A model generated the notes under the pieces. That model was not told the DNA's origin. It ran no database searches and saw nothing but the letters and a program-made list of their open reading frames with translations. This document shows, piece by piece, positions 25,981 to 36,723 of a stretch of DNA of 61,817 bases (position 1 is the first letter of the stretch; each line of letters begins with the position of its first letter). Source of the DNA: a virus (Duplodnaviria > Caudoviricetes). Location of the stretch: positions 1 through 61,817 of IMG/VR virus record IMGVR_UViG_3300046007_013304; one strand, written 5' to 3'. A program made the translations under genes and the position numbers.

Positions 25981-28209
25981 ATGCCCATATTTCAAAACGG
26001 TATAACTTCTCTTGGTGTAACGGCTTCTTTCAGGGATTGGTTCAATCAATATAATGATTCTGTATTGGGAAAGCTGAATAACGCTCTTATATCCAGACCT
26101 CTTGCTGGTGATGGAATAACCTTCTCATACCAGTCTGACGGTGGATATACATTTGAAATTTCAAATAAAATTACAAAAGCTATAACATTCTCTGGAAATG
26201 TTGCTTTTGAAGGATCGGTTTCTCTGGGTAGTAGTAGATTATCTGGATTGGCTGTAGAAATTACCGGAAACTACATTTCAAGGGGAGTCACCGCAGGAAA
26301 AGTAGTTAGGCTCACCAGCACAGGAGGATTGACTCTTGCAAAAGCAGACACCCCTTCAAACGCGGAAGTCCTTGGAATAGCAATAGATGTAAATGCCACA
26401 AGAACGATAGTTGCGGTCGCTGGTAAAGTCTCTGGATCAACTCTTGCTTCAAACTTGATAACAGGTGGATTGACTTCTGGCTGTGTCTATTTCGTTGATC
26501 CGGTCATTGCTGGTGGAATTACCAGAACGGAACCCACTACAGTTGGACTGGTTTCAAAACCAATCCTTGTTGGCATGGGAACGATTGAGGGAAATATACT
26601 CCCATATAGAGGCCAGTACATTCAGGGTTCGTGTGGAGCTTCTGGATCTTATTTGTTTAATTCTAGCGTGCTCATAGAAGTAGAATCAAAAGGTGAAGCA
26701 GAGACATCTTTCGAAATGAGACCTGGGGCATTGATTGCTGTTGATATTGAAAAACCATCATATTCAACAGCATATACCTCTATTTCTGGAACTCCTTTAT
26801 ATTTCAAAGCAACTAGTTTGACACCTGTCGAAAAAATTATTGGAATAGTGAGTGAATATGTTGGGGCATACGACAGTACAGTTGGAGCAAAAATTACATT
26901 AAAGGTAAACACAAGCGGATCTGTGATAAACAACATTTCAAGCTTGGATGGATGGGGATCACTGGATTCTGGTGTTGTTTATCTGGAGCCGACTGGAACA
27001 TTCACTCAGAAAAAACCAACAACTGATGTCATTGTTGTTGGAAATGTTTCCGGGAATAATCTCGTATTGAACATCGATTCTCCCTCACAAATTTTTACCA
27101 CAATATCTGGCGCAGGTGGAACTAGATTCCAAAATTACTTAATCAATGGTAGCTTGAATTTATGGCAAAGAGGATTGGGTGTCTCTGCTGCATACGGAAT
27201 CACGGCAAGCACAACCCCCAACAAAAAATACATTGCGGACAGATGGATAATGTGGGGTGCAAGCGGTGAAAGAGGATTCACCGGAGAAAGAAAATCTTTC
27301 TCTCCCAAAACACAAACAGATGTTTTGGGATATCCAAATTATTACATTTCATTGATAAAAAACACTACAGATTCAAGTCTGGTATCAAACTTCTACAATG
27401 TAATAGAAGATCCAAGAACAATTGCAAACAAACAATTAACATTCTCTTTCTATGCAAGAACCATAGGTGGAACTGGATCGTTCACCATAAATTCAACACA
27501 ATACACCAGCACTTCAGGATATATCAATGGTATCACACATGCAACACATACTTCTGCCATAGCTAGCAATTGGAGTAGATACAGTGCAACCTTTGTGGGT
27601 CCAACTGCAAGTTCAGCTGCTGTTTCATATTTCTTGATGGGTATTGGATTGAGGAATAATGGAAGAACATATGAATTTGCTCAATTCATATTGGAAGATG
27701 GTTCGACAGCATCAACACCGACAATGGTAAGTTTTGCTGAAGATTATTCCAGAGCAGCAGAATTTTATCAGAGAAGTTATGGACCAGATGAAAAAACCGG
27801 TACTGATACGATAGAAACAAACAGGGGTAATTTGGGAATATTATCCCCAAACAGTGTTATTCTCTCTCATACGATGAAGTATAGAATGACTAGAACTCCA
27901 GAAGTGACAATTTATTCACTGAAGGGGAATACTGGCGAAATATCATTCAAAGACACTGCTAGCCCAACGGACACCTTGTGGTATGACAGCAAAGATAACA
28001 CACTGTTCGCTACAAGAATTAAAAATTGCGCAATTGCTTTTGGTGCAGCTCCAGTCCAAAGATGGAATGGAAATAATTTCTCAGTGAATCCAATATCAAA
28101 TGTGAGAAAAACACAAGCAGACTTTAATTTTGTCCCATACACAAGTTATTGTTGGTTTGATTTTGTAGGTTTCCATTATGTGGCTGATGCCGATACGACA
28201 ATCTATTAA
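25981..28209 (+). CDS. tail fibre protein with C-terminal carbohydrate-binding-like domain
   Basis: ASFRDW, LAKADT..NAEVLGI, NYLINGSLNLWQRG, ADRW, FYQRSY. Confidence 0.75.
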   Translation: MPIFQNGITSLGVTASFRDWFNQYNDSVLGKLNNALISRPLAGDGITFSYQSDGGYTFEISNKITKAITFSGNVAFEGSVSLGSSRLSGLAVEITGNYISRGVTAGKVVRLTSTGGLTLAKADTPSNAEVLGIAIDVNATRTIVAVAGKVSGSTLASNLITGGLTSGCVYFVDPVIAGGITRTEPTTVGLVSKPILVGMGTIEGNILPYRGQYIQGSCGASGSYLFNSSVLIEVESKGEAETSFEMRPGALIAVDIEKPSYSTAYTSISGTPLYFKATSLTPVEKIIGIVSEYVGAYDSTVGAKITLKVNTSGSVINNISSLDGWGSLDSGVVYLEPTGTFTQKKPTTDVIVVGNVSGNNLVLNIDSPSQIFTTISGAGGTRFQNYLINGSLNLWQRGLGVSAAYGITASTTPNKKYIADRWIMWGASGERGFTGERKSFSPKTQTDVLGYPNYYISLIKNTTDSSLVSNFYNVIEDPRTIANKQLTFSFYARTIGGTGSFTINSTQYTSTSGYINGITHATHTSAIASNWSRYSATFVGPTASSAAVSYFLMGIGLRNNGRTYEFAQFILEDGSTASTPTMVSFAEDYSRAAEFYQRSYGPDEKTGTDTIETNRGNLGILSPNSVILSHTMKYRMTRTPEVTIYSLKGNTGEISFKDTASPTDTLWYDSKDNTLFATRIKNCAIAFGAAPVQRWNGNNFSVNPISNVRKTQADFNFVPYTSYCWFDFVGFHYVADADTTIY

Positions 28210-28220
28210 TAGGAAAAACC

Positions 28221-29390
28221 ATGTCATCCTGCTCCACAAGTTCAAATATTCAATCAACCATACTCACCCAGATCATAAGAGAAGAAAGTGACACAAAAAG
28301 AGTCGCTTTCAAGATATCAAGTGCAGATGCCGGAATTTCTTCGGGTGTAACCCTGGGTTCTGTCATACGATATGATGTAGGCACGGATCTTTACATGCCA
28401 TCAGACGCAAGAGATCCTTCGACAGCCGAAGTTGTAGGCATAGTCGAAAAAATAGAAAATGGCGTGTATACCGTAGTTGCAAATGGATTGATAACATATC
28501 CAAATATCAATTCCGTAATTAACGGTTACACTGGAAATTGTGCGGAGCTAGATCCAGCTACTGGTGGTGGAAGCGGTGGATCTGACATATTTTTCTTGAG
28601 CGACGGTTGTCCCGGAAAACTACAATTGATTGAGCCAACCACTCCGGGAAGAATAATAAAACCGGTCATGCAAAGAGTGAAGGTCGGTGCTTCTGGCTCT
28701 GTTCAATATAATGGCATCGTTTTGAATTATATTGGTTATGAAGTTTCCAGACTTGCATCATTGACATATGAGATAATAGGAAATCCCGGGGATGTCACAT
28801 TCACAAAAGAAAAGAATCCACCGGATGGATTTATAAATGTCACCAATCCACAAGTTTTAGATGTTGAAGATTATCCTGATCTTTATGATACATTTAAAAC
28901 TGATCATGGTGATTATGTTGAAAATGTGGTTTTGGATTCCCCCGGAAACATTACTTCATTAATTGATTCAGATATTGTTCAAAAGAATGGATCTGTCGTA
29001 GTATCAACCGGAAAGATAACCGGAACAGATCCTACCACAAATTCAATATTAATAATCAAAAAAACAGGACAACCAGAAACCGACACGACTAAAAATCTGT
29101 TTATCGGAAATATAAGATATGTCTCTACATCGGCATCTGTAAAATCATTTACTCTTCCTTCTGTCCCTGAAGAAACTATAAAATATGTTACTCCAACCGA
29201 AACAAAACAAGAAACTCTCACCCCATACATGAGAACCAAACCAAATGTGACTTCAGTTGCAATACCGGACACTCTGGAAATTGAGCAAATAAAATCAGAT
29301 AAGTTAATAACAAATGGTGTTGAAGTCGCCCCTAAATTACTGGATCTTGAATCAAGAATAGCATCAATTGAAAGGAAATTCGGGATCTAA
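28221..29390 (+). CDS. tail fibre-associated protein
   Basis: AEVVGIV, FFLSD..PG, EPTTPG..KP as in the 25981 ORF; collar-like YPDLY. Confidence 0.7.
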   Translation: MSSCSTSSNIQSTILTQIIREESDTKRVAFKISSADAGISSGVTLGSVIRYDVGTDLYMPSDARDPSTAEVVGIVEKIENGVYTVVANGLITYPNINSVINGYTGNCAELDPATGGGSGGSDIFFLSDGCPGKLQLIEPTTPGRIIKPVMQRVKVGASGSVQYNGIVLNYIGYEVSRLASLTYEIIGNPGDVTFTKEKNPPDGFINVTNPQVLDVEDYPDLYDTFKTDHGDYVENVVLDSPGNITSLIDSDIVQKNGSVVVSTGKITGTDPTTNSILIIKKTGQPETDTTKNLFIGNIRYVSTSASVKSFTLPSVPEETIKYVTPTETKQETLTPYMRTKPNVTSVAIPDTLEIEQIKSDKLITNGVEVAPKLLDLESRIASIERKFGI

Positions 29391-30793
29391 TGGGTTCCAG
29401 TTTCTATCCATCATCGAAATATTCTTTTTCTTATGGCATACCCGGTCCCGTTGGATCAACAGGAGAAAGAGGACCAACAGGACCTACAGGATATGGTTCA
29501 ACTGGTCCTACAGGTTCATCAATAAGTTCAATGGGTTTATGTGGTGGAAAACTATTAACTACATTTGATACTGGTGCGACATACATCACTTCTGCAAATT
29601 TCAAGGGAAGTACAGGAAACACTGTTCTCATTGCAGGCATAACCGTAGGAAACGGTCTCTCAATATATGCAGGTGAGACCCGGACATTAAATTTCAGAAA
29701 AATAAGAGGAATTACATCTCTTTCGGGAAGAGCCGATTTTCAGGTTGGTTTATGTGGTGATAGCCTAGAGTTTTCTTACATTAATTTGAGCAGTGGATTT
29801 ACTTTGGGAATTACTGGATCCGAAACAGTTAACACTTTTATTGGTTATAGTGGATCGGCTGTAACTTCTATACAAAAATCAAGATATGGCGAATCATCAT
29901 CCATATCCACCAGAAATATATTTGAAAAAGCAAGAGGTCTTGGTTATTCAGGAGCAACTTCATCAACCGGAGTTTTGTGCAACTACATCACCGGTGGAAC
30001 ATTCAATTATATCGATTCAAAAGGAAGTTCTGCTTCCGCAGAATGTAAGATTGTTTATATAAATCCTGATTGTGTGTCGAAAAATTCAATCGATGTCGAA
30101 GTGAGAAACAAAGTTTTTGTTGCCGATATGAAAAACAATACAACATTGGTAGTGCTTGGTGAAACAGAAGATAAAAATTCTGCATCAGCAATCACAGTTG
30201 TTTTGATGAATCCCAGCAACGGTCCAACAGCATCGGCTCTCGGTCAAAAAAGATTCTCACTAACTTCCGCTACAGGTGATATAATGTGGCCATTTGGCGT
30301 TGAACCCTGTTTTTGTGGTCCTACTGGAACAAATGTCTATCATTTCTTCAATGTGGGTGGATATACTTGGTATGGCAGTGTCGCATGGATGAGTGACACA
30401 TCAGTATTCTTTGATTGTCAAAAATCCGTAATACAGGGAATCTCCGTTCCATTTGGTGCATGCTGCATTGCAGATGGAACTCCAGGAGGAACTTGTATTT
30501 ACGAGAGCATCACCGATTGCCTTAATAGGGGTGCAAGTGCCTTCTGGCATGCAGGTCTGACTTGTGGCTCTAATCCTTGCCAGAAGACAGGAGGATGCTG
30601 TATGAGCTTCACCGATGTCAAGGCAGAAAACAGCAGCCTCTGCCTAAATGGTATTACTTGTATAAATTGCATCTCTGGAATGGTGTACAATCCAAGAGGT
30701 AAAACATATAATGCTACAAGTTTTACATATCTTGGAAATGGAATAACCTGTTCATCCTCAAATTGTCCTGTAGGAGCCGAAAATGTCATCTAA
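29390..30793 (+). CDS. collagen-like, Cys-rich repeat fibre protein 1
   Basis: GPTGPTG triplets; GACC and GGCC repeats. Confidence 0.75.
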   Translation: MGSSFYPSSKYSFSYGIPGPVGSTGERGPTGPTGYGSTGPTGSSISSMGLCGGKLLTTFDTGATYITSANFKGSTGNTVLIAGITVGNGLSIYAGETRTLNFRKIRGITSLSGRADFQVGLCGDSLEFSYINLSSGFTLGITGSETVNTFIGYSGSAVTSIQKSRYGESSSISTRNIFEKARGLGYSGATSSTGVLCNYITGGTFNYIDSKGSSASAECKIVYINPDCVSKNSIDVEVRNKVFVADMKNNTTLVVLGETEDKNSASAITVVLMNPSNGPTASALGQKRFSLTSATGDIMWPFGVEPCFCGPTGTNVYHFFNVGGYTWYGSVAWMSDTSVFFDCQKSVIQGISVPFGACCIADGTPGGTCIYESITDCLNRGASAFWHAGLTCGSNPCQKTGGCCMSFTDVKAENSSLCLNGITCINCISGMVYNPRGKTYNATSFTYLGNGITCSSSNCPVGAENVI

Positions 30794-32162
30794 AGGACTG
30801 AGTAGAGTAATATCAGTGATTATCGCCGTTACCGGAGGAGTCGGTCCAACTGGTCCCACTGGAGCAACGGGATTTACCGGAAACTTTGCGACTGGACCTC
30901 TTGGTCCTAGAGGCATAGGCATAATAGGAGCAACATACAATTCAATAATAGACGGCGTAACCTTTACTCTTTTTGATAAAACAACAATTGGAATAACAGG
31001 AATAAAAGGAAACACCGGCAATGCTTCAAGTGCGTCTCCTCCTGGTATAAGTTATGTTGGATCCGGTATAACTCCACTGGTTAATTCTACAGGCGTATCG
31101 GGGTATACTTTATTTTTTAGAGGAGTAACTTTCGCAGTTGGTCTTTCTGGATCTATATCCGCAAATACCATATTCATTCAAGAAAATACAGGATATACCG
31201 GGTCTTTTGATGAAAATAAACTTCTGTATGTAAAATACAGTCAGACCCAAAGCTTGTATTACCTCGATTCCGCAGACAAAACTGCGTACAAGAATATTTC
31301 GTATTCTGGAACAACTTATTCAGAATTGACAATAATTTCAAATGTCGGCAGGGATATTCTGGATTCAAACAATTTCAATTATTCAATTGGAACTAGTGCA
31401 AACGCATATCATACCGGATTGACGATGACTATAGATTCTGCTGTCTATGGAATAACTGGATTGTCATTTGAAGGCAATTCAAATGTATTGTATCCATATC
31501 TCAAGTACAGAGCATCTTATTTTGATTCCGCCGGATCTTCGGGTGCTACTTTTTCCACGATATCTTTTTTGGAGATAGGTCCCTACAACAAGACGATCAA
31601 ATTGACAGAGAAAATAGGCTCTTGTTGTTTTGAATGTGATTCTTGCAACGGTTATTCCGATGGAAGAAATTGCATAGATTATGTTTCAAAAACTTACTGT
31701 GATTCTGTTTCTGGAAGATGGAGCCTTGAAAATTGTTATACTAGACAAAGCACATATGATTGTTACTTACGCAGAGCATGCTGCGTCAACGGAAGATGCG
31801 TAAATGCGACAAGACTCAAGTGTCTTCAAATGAAGGGTTCTTTCTGTGAGTATAAAGTTTGTGGGGTGTCTTATAATTGTGATATACCCTGCATCGAACC
31901 GCAACCAGTTCTTGGACCCACAGTTTATTGTTGCTGCAAGGATGGAATAGGAACTGAATTGACCGATCCGGCATTGTGTGTAGGAAAAGCAATAATCGGA
32001 AATTGCGAAAGCGTGAATTGTCGATCGGTAGAAAATACCGGAGCATGTTGTTTGCAAAATGGATCTTGCGTTTATCTGACGAAAAACGAATGTGCATTCC
32101 TTGGTGGAGTTTATAAGGGTACTGGGGTAACATGTTCATCTACCACTTGTTGTACCCCCTAA
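30783..32162 (+). CDS. collagen-like, Cys-rich repeat fibre protein 2
   Basis: GPTGPTGATG; four CC repeats. Confidence 0.75.
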   Translation: MSSKGLSRVISVIIAVTGGVGPTGPTGATGFTGNFATGPLGPRGIGIIGATYNSIIDGVTFTLFDKTTIGITGIKGNTGNASSASPPGISYVGSGITPLVNSTGVSGYTLFFRGVTFAVGLSGSISANTIFIQENTGYTGSFDENKLLYVKYSQTQSLYYLDSADKTAYKNISYSGTTYSELTIISNVGRDILDSNNFNYSIGTSANAYHTGLTMTIDSAVYGITGLSFEGNSNVLYPYLKYRASYFDSAGSSGATFSTISFLEIGPYNKTIKLTEKIGSCCFECDSCNGYSDGRNCIDYVSKTYCDSVSGRWSLENCYTRQSTYDCYLRRACCVNGRCVNATRLKCLQMKGSFCEYKVCGVSYNCDIPCIEPQPVLGPTVYCCCKDGIGTELTDPALCVGKAIIGNCESVNCRSVENTGACCLQNGSCVYLTKNECAFLGGVYKGTGVTCSSTTCCTP

Positions 32163-32182
32163 CTACATAATTTGAGGCATAA

Positions 32183-33892
32183 ATGGGATCCAGTGCAATA
32201 AGAACAATCATAATAGGAACAACTGGTCCCACGGGTCCAATAGGGCCTGTGGGTCCAATCGGACCAACAGGAACCGGAACAGGATTTACCGGTCCTAAAG
32301 GAAAGACAGCAAATTATGTTTCAACAATCATTGCTGACCAGAATTTGATAAAACTTGTGTCAGGTGACAAGACATTCATACTATATGGAACTCAAGGTGC
32401 AACTGGATATACAGGCACAATTTTTGGAAACAATTACTCAGCAGGATTGTCATTTTTCTCGTCTGCATCTGGCTATACTTTGACTTTGAGGGGAATTTCT
32501 TTCATAGGAAATCTAAGAGCAGAAATCACCGGAGATTCCATACTGGTAACTCCGATTGATGTATCGTATGGTGTAACACTATCCGGCAATCAAACAGACT
32601 CGACGGTATTGTTCTCAAAAACAGATTCAGTGATAGATTCAACCAGAATCAAATATGGAAAAACATATGGAGAGTTTTCTTTCAGCAATGTCTCAGGAAT
32701 AACTCAAACATCATCACAAGTCTATGCAAATATACGAGGCAATGTAATAGATGTTCCATCTGGATCAAATGATCTTATTTTGGGATTGACTACAGGAGCG
32801 ATCTATAAGATCAATACACCACTTGGTCTTTCCGGATTTACTCTGGATTCTTCTCTTTACAATGATAATGAATTGTTATCTGTAACTTTCTTTGTAGAAG
32901 GAAATGGATTCTCACAATTCCCGACAAATGTTTATTTTGAAGATACACCGTATTCCTCAAATTTTGGTTGTGGCACAAACATCATGAACTTGATGACACC
33001 CAATAAAGGAAAATCGTGGTATGCCACCATAATAGAGCGTGGTTATGGTGCGACATTGTGTTCTGGATTTGACGGAGTTGGATCTTGTTGCTACTCTCAG
33101 GGAAAAACTCTAGTTTGTTCTGAGTATGTGACCGAAGACTGGTGTAAAAAAAACAATGGATCTTTTAATTTGTTCACTGCTTGCAGTTCTACATGCGGAG
33201 CCACTGCGATATGTTGTTCTAATGGACAGTGTGTCTCTGGTGTTTCTGAAAGTGAATGCGAATATTTTGGTGGCAAATATTATCTTGGTATTGCATGTGA
33301 TGGAATTGAATATACCTCCGATGATGACAACACAGTAAGACAATGTTACGATTCAACAAAACCAGTGACATCTTGCTGTACGGGAGTTACTTGCATTTCG
33401 GATGTTACCTTTAAAGTGTGTGAGGAATATTATGGCGGCATAGGATTTGTTGGAAATTGTTGCGACTGTGAATGCAAGGATGGCGTAAGAGTGGAAATTT
33501 CTGGTGCCTGCTGTGTGTCTGAAACAAAAACATGTCAGAATGTTACGCCAACAGAATGCTCTAAACTTGGTGGAATATTCTTCGGAAAGAATACAACATG
33601 TAATACCATTGACTGTGGATTTGATGTTCCCGTAACTCTTGGATCTTGCTGCTATCCAGATAAACCCTGTGTTGATAATATTGATGAAAAAAATTGTTTT
33701 GGAATTTTTTATCCAAATTCCACATGCGATGTATCCTGTGGAAAAATAAAGGAAAAAGAAATTCAAGAAACAGATCTTTCAAAAGATCAAATTGTTAATG
33801 TTGCTATAAATGATCAAAGATACGATATAATCTGTGGGGGAAATCCAGACCCATGTATAGAATTTAAAGATGATAATATAGAAGCCCTATAA
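32183..33892 (+). CDS. collagen-like, Cys-rich repeat fibre protein 3
   Basis: GPTGPIGPVG; five CC repeats. Confidence 0.75.
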   Translation: MGSSAIRTIIIGTTGPTGPIGPVGPIGPTGTGTGFTGPKGKTANYVSTIIADQNLIKLVSGDKTFILYGTQGATGYTGTIFGNNYSAGLSFFSSASGYTLTLRGISFIGNLRAEITGDSILVTPIDVSYGVTLSGNQTDSTVLFSKTDSVIDSTRIKYGKTYGEFSFSNVSGITQTSSQVYANIRGNVIDVPSGSNDLILGLTTGAIYKINTPLGLSGFTLDSSLYNDNELLSVTFFVEGNGFSQFPTNVYFEDTPYSSNFGCGTNIMNLMTPNKGKSWYATIIERGYGATLCSGFDGVGSCCYSQGKTLVCSEYVTEDWCKKNNGSFNLFTACSSTCGATAICCSNGQCVSGVSESECEYFGGKYYLGIACDGIEYTSDDDNTVRQCYDSTKPVTSCCTGVTCISDVTFKVCEEYYGGIGFVGNCCDCECKDGVRVEISGACCVSETKTCQNVTPTECSKLGGIFFGKNTTCNTIDCGFDVPVTLGSCCYPDKPCVDNIDEKNCFGIFYPNSTCDVSCGKIKEKEIQETDLSKDQIVNVAINDQRYDIICGGNPDPCIEFKDDNIEAL

Positions 33893-33895
33893 ATA
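33888..33895 (+). promoter_or_regulatory. T4 late promoter
   Basis: TATAAATA. Confidence 0.7.
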
Positions 33896-33910
33896 TTTTA
33901 AGTTATTACC

Positions 33911-34648
33911 ATGTCAATTCACTTCAGATCAAGAATTCAATCTCCGATAAATTACTCCACTTACCTTTTTCCTGGGGTGAGTGGTTGTTGCTGTACTGGG
34001 TCAAGTGAAGATGGTGCTGTTCCTTTTGAATCTACATTTGGTGCCTGTAATGCATTGAATGGGTATTTTTCAATGAGTCCTGACTGTAAAAATTCATGTT
34101 TTCCAAAAGGAAAAACAGGATGTTGCTGTGCATCTTTCTATTCAGGAATGTCAGATGGGATAGAAAAAACACAATGCGAGGATCTGAATGGAATATGGTC
34201 CAGCTCTCCTTGCAAGGATCTAGACTCTGAAAAATTTTGCATAACTGGCGACAAAGATATAAGATTGAAGAAAAAATGCTGCGGATATACTTTAATCGAT
34301 GGATCTGTCGAATCCAGGTGTTACTCTGTCGATACCGAAGAAGAATGTTCAAAATTGACCGTCAAAGGATATACTCCTATTTTCTATGAGACCGGTGAAA
34401 CTTGTCAAACAAATCCTGAATGTCCGTCAATAATTGAGAATAAAAAACCAAACAACACAACATTCCTTACAGGTGTAATTGAAAAAGACACATACGGAAA
34501 TTGCTGCATTCAGGGAATTCCTTGCAGATGCATAGAAACAATAAGCTTCTACGATTGTGATAAATTGAATGGGTCTTTTTATCTTCTCGGTGACAAAGAA
34601 TTTTCTTGCTCCGAATGTGAAAGAAATTGCACGAACGGAGAACCGTAA
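33911..34648 (+). CDS. protein composed of Cys-rich repeats
   Basis: GCCC twice, KKCC, GNCC repeats. Confidence 0.75.
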   Translation: MSIHFRSRIQSPINYSTYLFPGVSGCCCTGSSEDGAVPFESTFGACNALNGYFSMSPDCKNSCFPKGKTGCCCASFYSGMSDGIEKTQCEDLNGIWSSSPCKDLDSEKFCITGDKDIRLKKKCCGYTLIDGSVESRCYSVDTEEECSKLTVKGYTPIFYETGETCQTNPECPSIIENKKPNNTTFLTGVIEKDTYGNCCIQGIPCRCIETISFYDCDKLNGSFYLLGDKEFSCSECERNCTNGEP

Positions 34649-35277
34649 TGGAGAGTCCAATATATCCAAATTCTGTTCCAGTTCCTTTGACATTTTATAG
34701 AGGTGGTGTAAATATTGGGGTTTTCAATCCCGGTCCTCCTGTAACACCATCGGGTTCTATAGTTTTTGGAAATCCTTCCACAGGAAAAGCAGAAGACTAC
34801 AGAACAGATGGAGAAGGAACAGGCGAATCAAAATACGCTTGGGTCTTAATTTTAGCACCAAAAGACATAAACTTTATAACAAATCCTTTACAAGAACCAG
34901 TATCAGTCAATACTTCATCTTATGATGGTTATTTCAATAAAAGCCAATATGATCAAAATCAAATGAAACAATTAAATCTGTATGCTCCTGGAGGATATAG
35001 AGATTGGTATGTTCCCAGTACCGACGAGTTGGCTTTCATAGCAAAAAATTTGCCACAAAATTTTGATTTAGGTTTTAGGTTTTATGGAATGAAAGAAAAA
35101 GAGTATGTTTCTTCCACATATATTGTGCAAAATTCAAGCAAAAATATAGAAAAAAAGGTATCATTGATATTGGCACAATCATTTGATGAGCCTACATATG
35201 GTGATACTTTCTTGGTTTCAGACACCAAGCAAATGCCAGTAAGACTTGTAAGAAAAGTTCCAGTATACATTATTTGA
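34648..35277 (+). CDS. DUF1566/Lcl-like (C-type lectin fold) protein
   Basis: GGYRDWYVPSTDEL, YVSST, VRLVR. Confidence 0.7.
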   Translation: MESPIYPNSVPVPLTFYRGGVNIGVFNPGPPVTPSGSIVFGNPSTGKAEDYRTDGEGTGESKYAWVLILAPKDINFITNPLQEPVSVNTSSYDGYFNKSQYDQNQMKQLNLYAPGGYRDWYVPSTDELAFIAKNLPQNFDLGFRFYGMKEKEYVSSTYIVQNSSKNIEKKVSLILAQSFDEPTYGDTFLVSDTKQMPVRLVRKVPVYII

Positions 35278-35286
35278 GGTATAATC

Positions 35287-35877
35287 ATGTCAGAAAACAA
35301 AGGTTGTGGTTGTGGTAAGAAAAACGCTCCTCCGACACCAGCTTCCCCTGTTACGGAACAGAGCGATCAGTCGCAGCAACAAGAATTTAGAAATGCTGAA
35401 CCAGTTGATGGCGGACTAAAAAAAAAATTAACAATGATTCAAAGTTTCGCAACATCAATAGCATCCCGGGGAATCAGCGACAACAAAGTCAACAAAGCAG
35501 AAAAACAACTCCGGGTATTGGGATGTTTCGGCAACAAACACTCAGGCGGAATCCTCCCTCCATGTGAACATTTGAAGAAAAGTGAAGTCCAAGAAGGACA
35601 ATACTATTGTGGTGCTTGCGGGTGTGGCGACAAAAAGATGACTTGGTTGTTAGCCAATGGGGAAGAATATTCCAAGTTGGATTATCCAAAATTGCATTGT
35701 CCTCTCGGAATGCCTGGTTTCAGTAATTACACTGAAGCTGAGGAACATGAATCTGTTCCGCCAATAACCAGAAAACATTTTATCGAGAACATGTCATTGG
35801 CTGATGTGGCATCTGTTCAAGTAACTCTTCCTGAAATGCCCATACAGACCGAAGAGCTTCCAAAAAACCAAGAATAA
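35287..35877 (+). CDS. Cys-rich metal-binding-like protein
   Basis: GCGCGK, CEHL, CGACGC, CPLG. Confidence 0.7.
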   Translation: MSENKGCGCGKKNAPPTPASPVTEQSDQSQQQEFRNAEPVDGGLKKKLTMIQSFATSIASRGISDNKVNKAEKQLRVLGCFGNKHSGGILPPCEHLKKSEVQEGQYYCGACGCGDKKMTWLLANGEEYSKLDYPKLHCPLGMPGFSNYTEAEEHESVPPITRKHFIENMSLADVASVQVTLPEMPIQTEELPKNQE

Positions 35878-35904
35878 ATTCTACCTAAATAATTCCGGTG
35901 CAAT

Positions 35905-36720
35905 ATGCCGGATAATAGAATACAAACAAGAGATCAACTAATCGAATATGCATTCAGGGCTCTGGGAAAACCAGTAATAGATGTCAATGTTGATTGGCAA
36001 CAGGCATCTGATCGTCTGGATGATGCTCTGCAATTGTTTGCAGAGCGTCATTTTGACGGTGTTGTGATCGGATATTTGCCATACAAAGTTACTGAGGAAG
36101 ATCAGGCAAGAAAGTATATTTTTTCAGACAATATAGGACCACCCAGTGGAGTCACAGGAGATCGTCCTACCGGACAGGATATAGTATCGATTGTAAGAAT
36201 ATTCCAATATGACCCGATAAGCTCATCGAATAATATGTTTAATATCAAGTATCAATGGGCTTTGTCTGATTATTTTCAGATAAACAGAGGTCTGTATGGA
36301 ACACAAGATCTTCCCATTGCGAATTACGACAATGCAATGAGATACATCACATTGATGAATCAATACTTCTCACCCGAGAAGTCATTTCAGTTCACCAAAT
36401 CATCAAACAGAATTTCAATCAATACCGATTGGTCAACTGATCTGAAGCCCGGACAAGCATTGATGTTTGAAGCATATTTAGCACTCGATCCGGATACTTA
36501 CACTGAAATATACAATGATCGTATACTCAAGAAATATCTTGTTCAATTAATAAAGAGACAATGGGGCATAAATTTGTCAAAATATGAAAACACCCCATTG
36601 CCCGGTGGCGGTACTCTTCGTGGAGCAGCCATGTATCAAGAAGCACAAAACGAAATAGACAAGATAGAAGCTGAAATTTATACCGCGTTCGAAGGTCCAC
36701 CGACCTTCCAGATGGGCTGA
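35905..36720 (+). CDS. gp13: neck protein gp13
   Basis: RALGKPVIDVNV, ERHFDG, KRQWGINLSKY; CCTAAATA at 35884. Confidence 0.92.
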   Translation: MPDNRIQTRDQLIEYAFRALGKPVIDVNVDWQQASDRLDDALQLFAERHFDGVVIGYLPYKVTEEDQARKYIFSDNIGPPSGVTGDRPTGQDIVSIVRIFQYDPISSSNNMFNIKYQWALSDYFQINRGLYGTQDLPIANYDNAMRYITLMNQYFSPEKSFQFTKSSNRISINTDWSTDLKPGQALMFEAYLALDPDTYTEIYNDRILKKYLVQLIKRQWGINLSKYENTPLPGGGTLRGAAMYQEAQNEIDKIEAEIYTAFEGPPTFQMG

Positions 36721-36723
36721 TGA

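Noticed and set aside
35275-35289. TATAAT promoter before the 35287 ORF
   Set aside because: Only 1 nt from the ATG; better read as SD GAGGT plus spacer.
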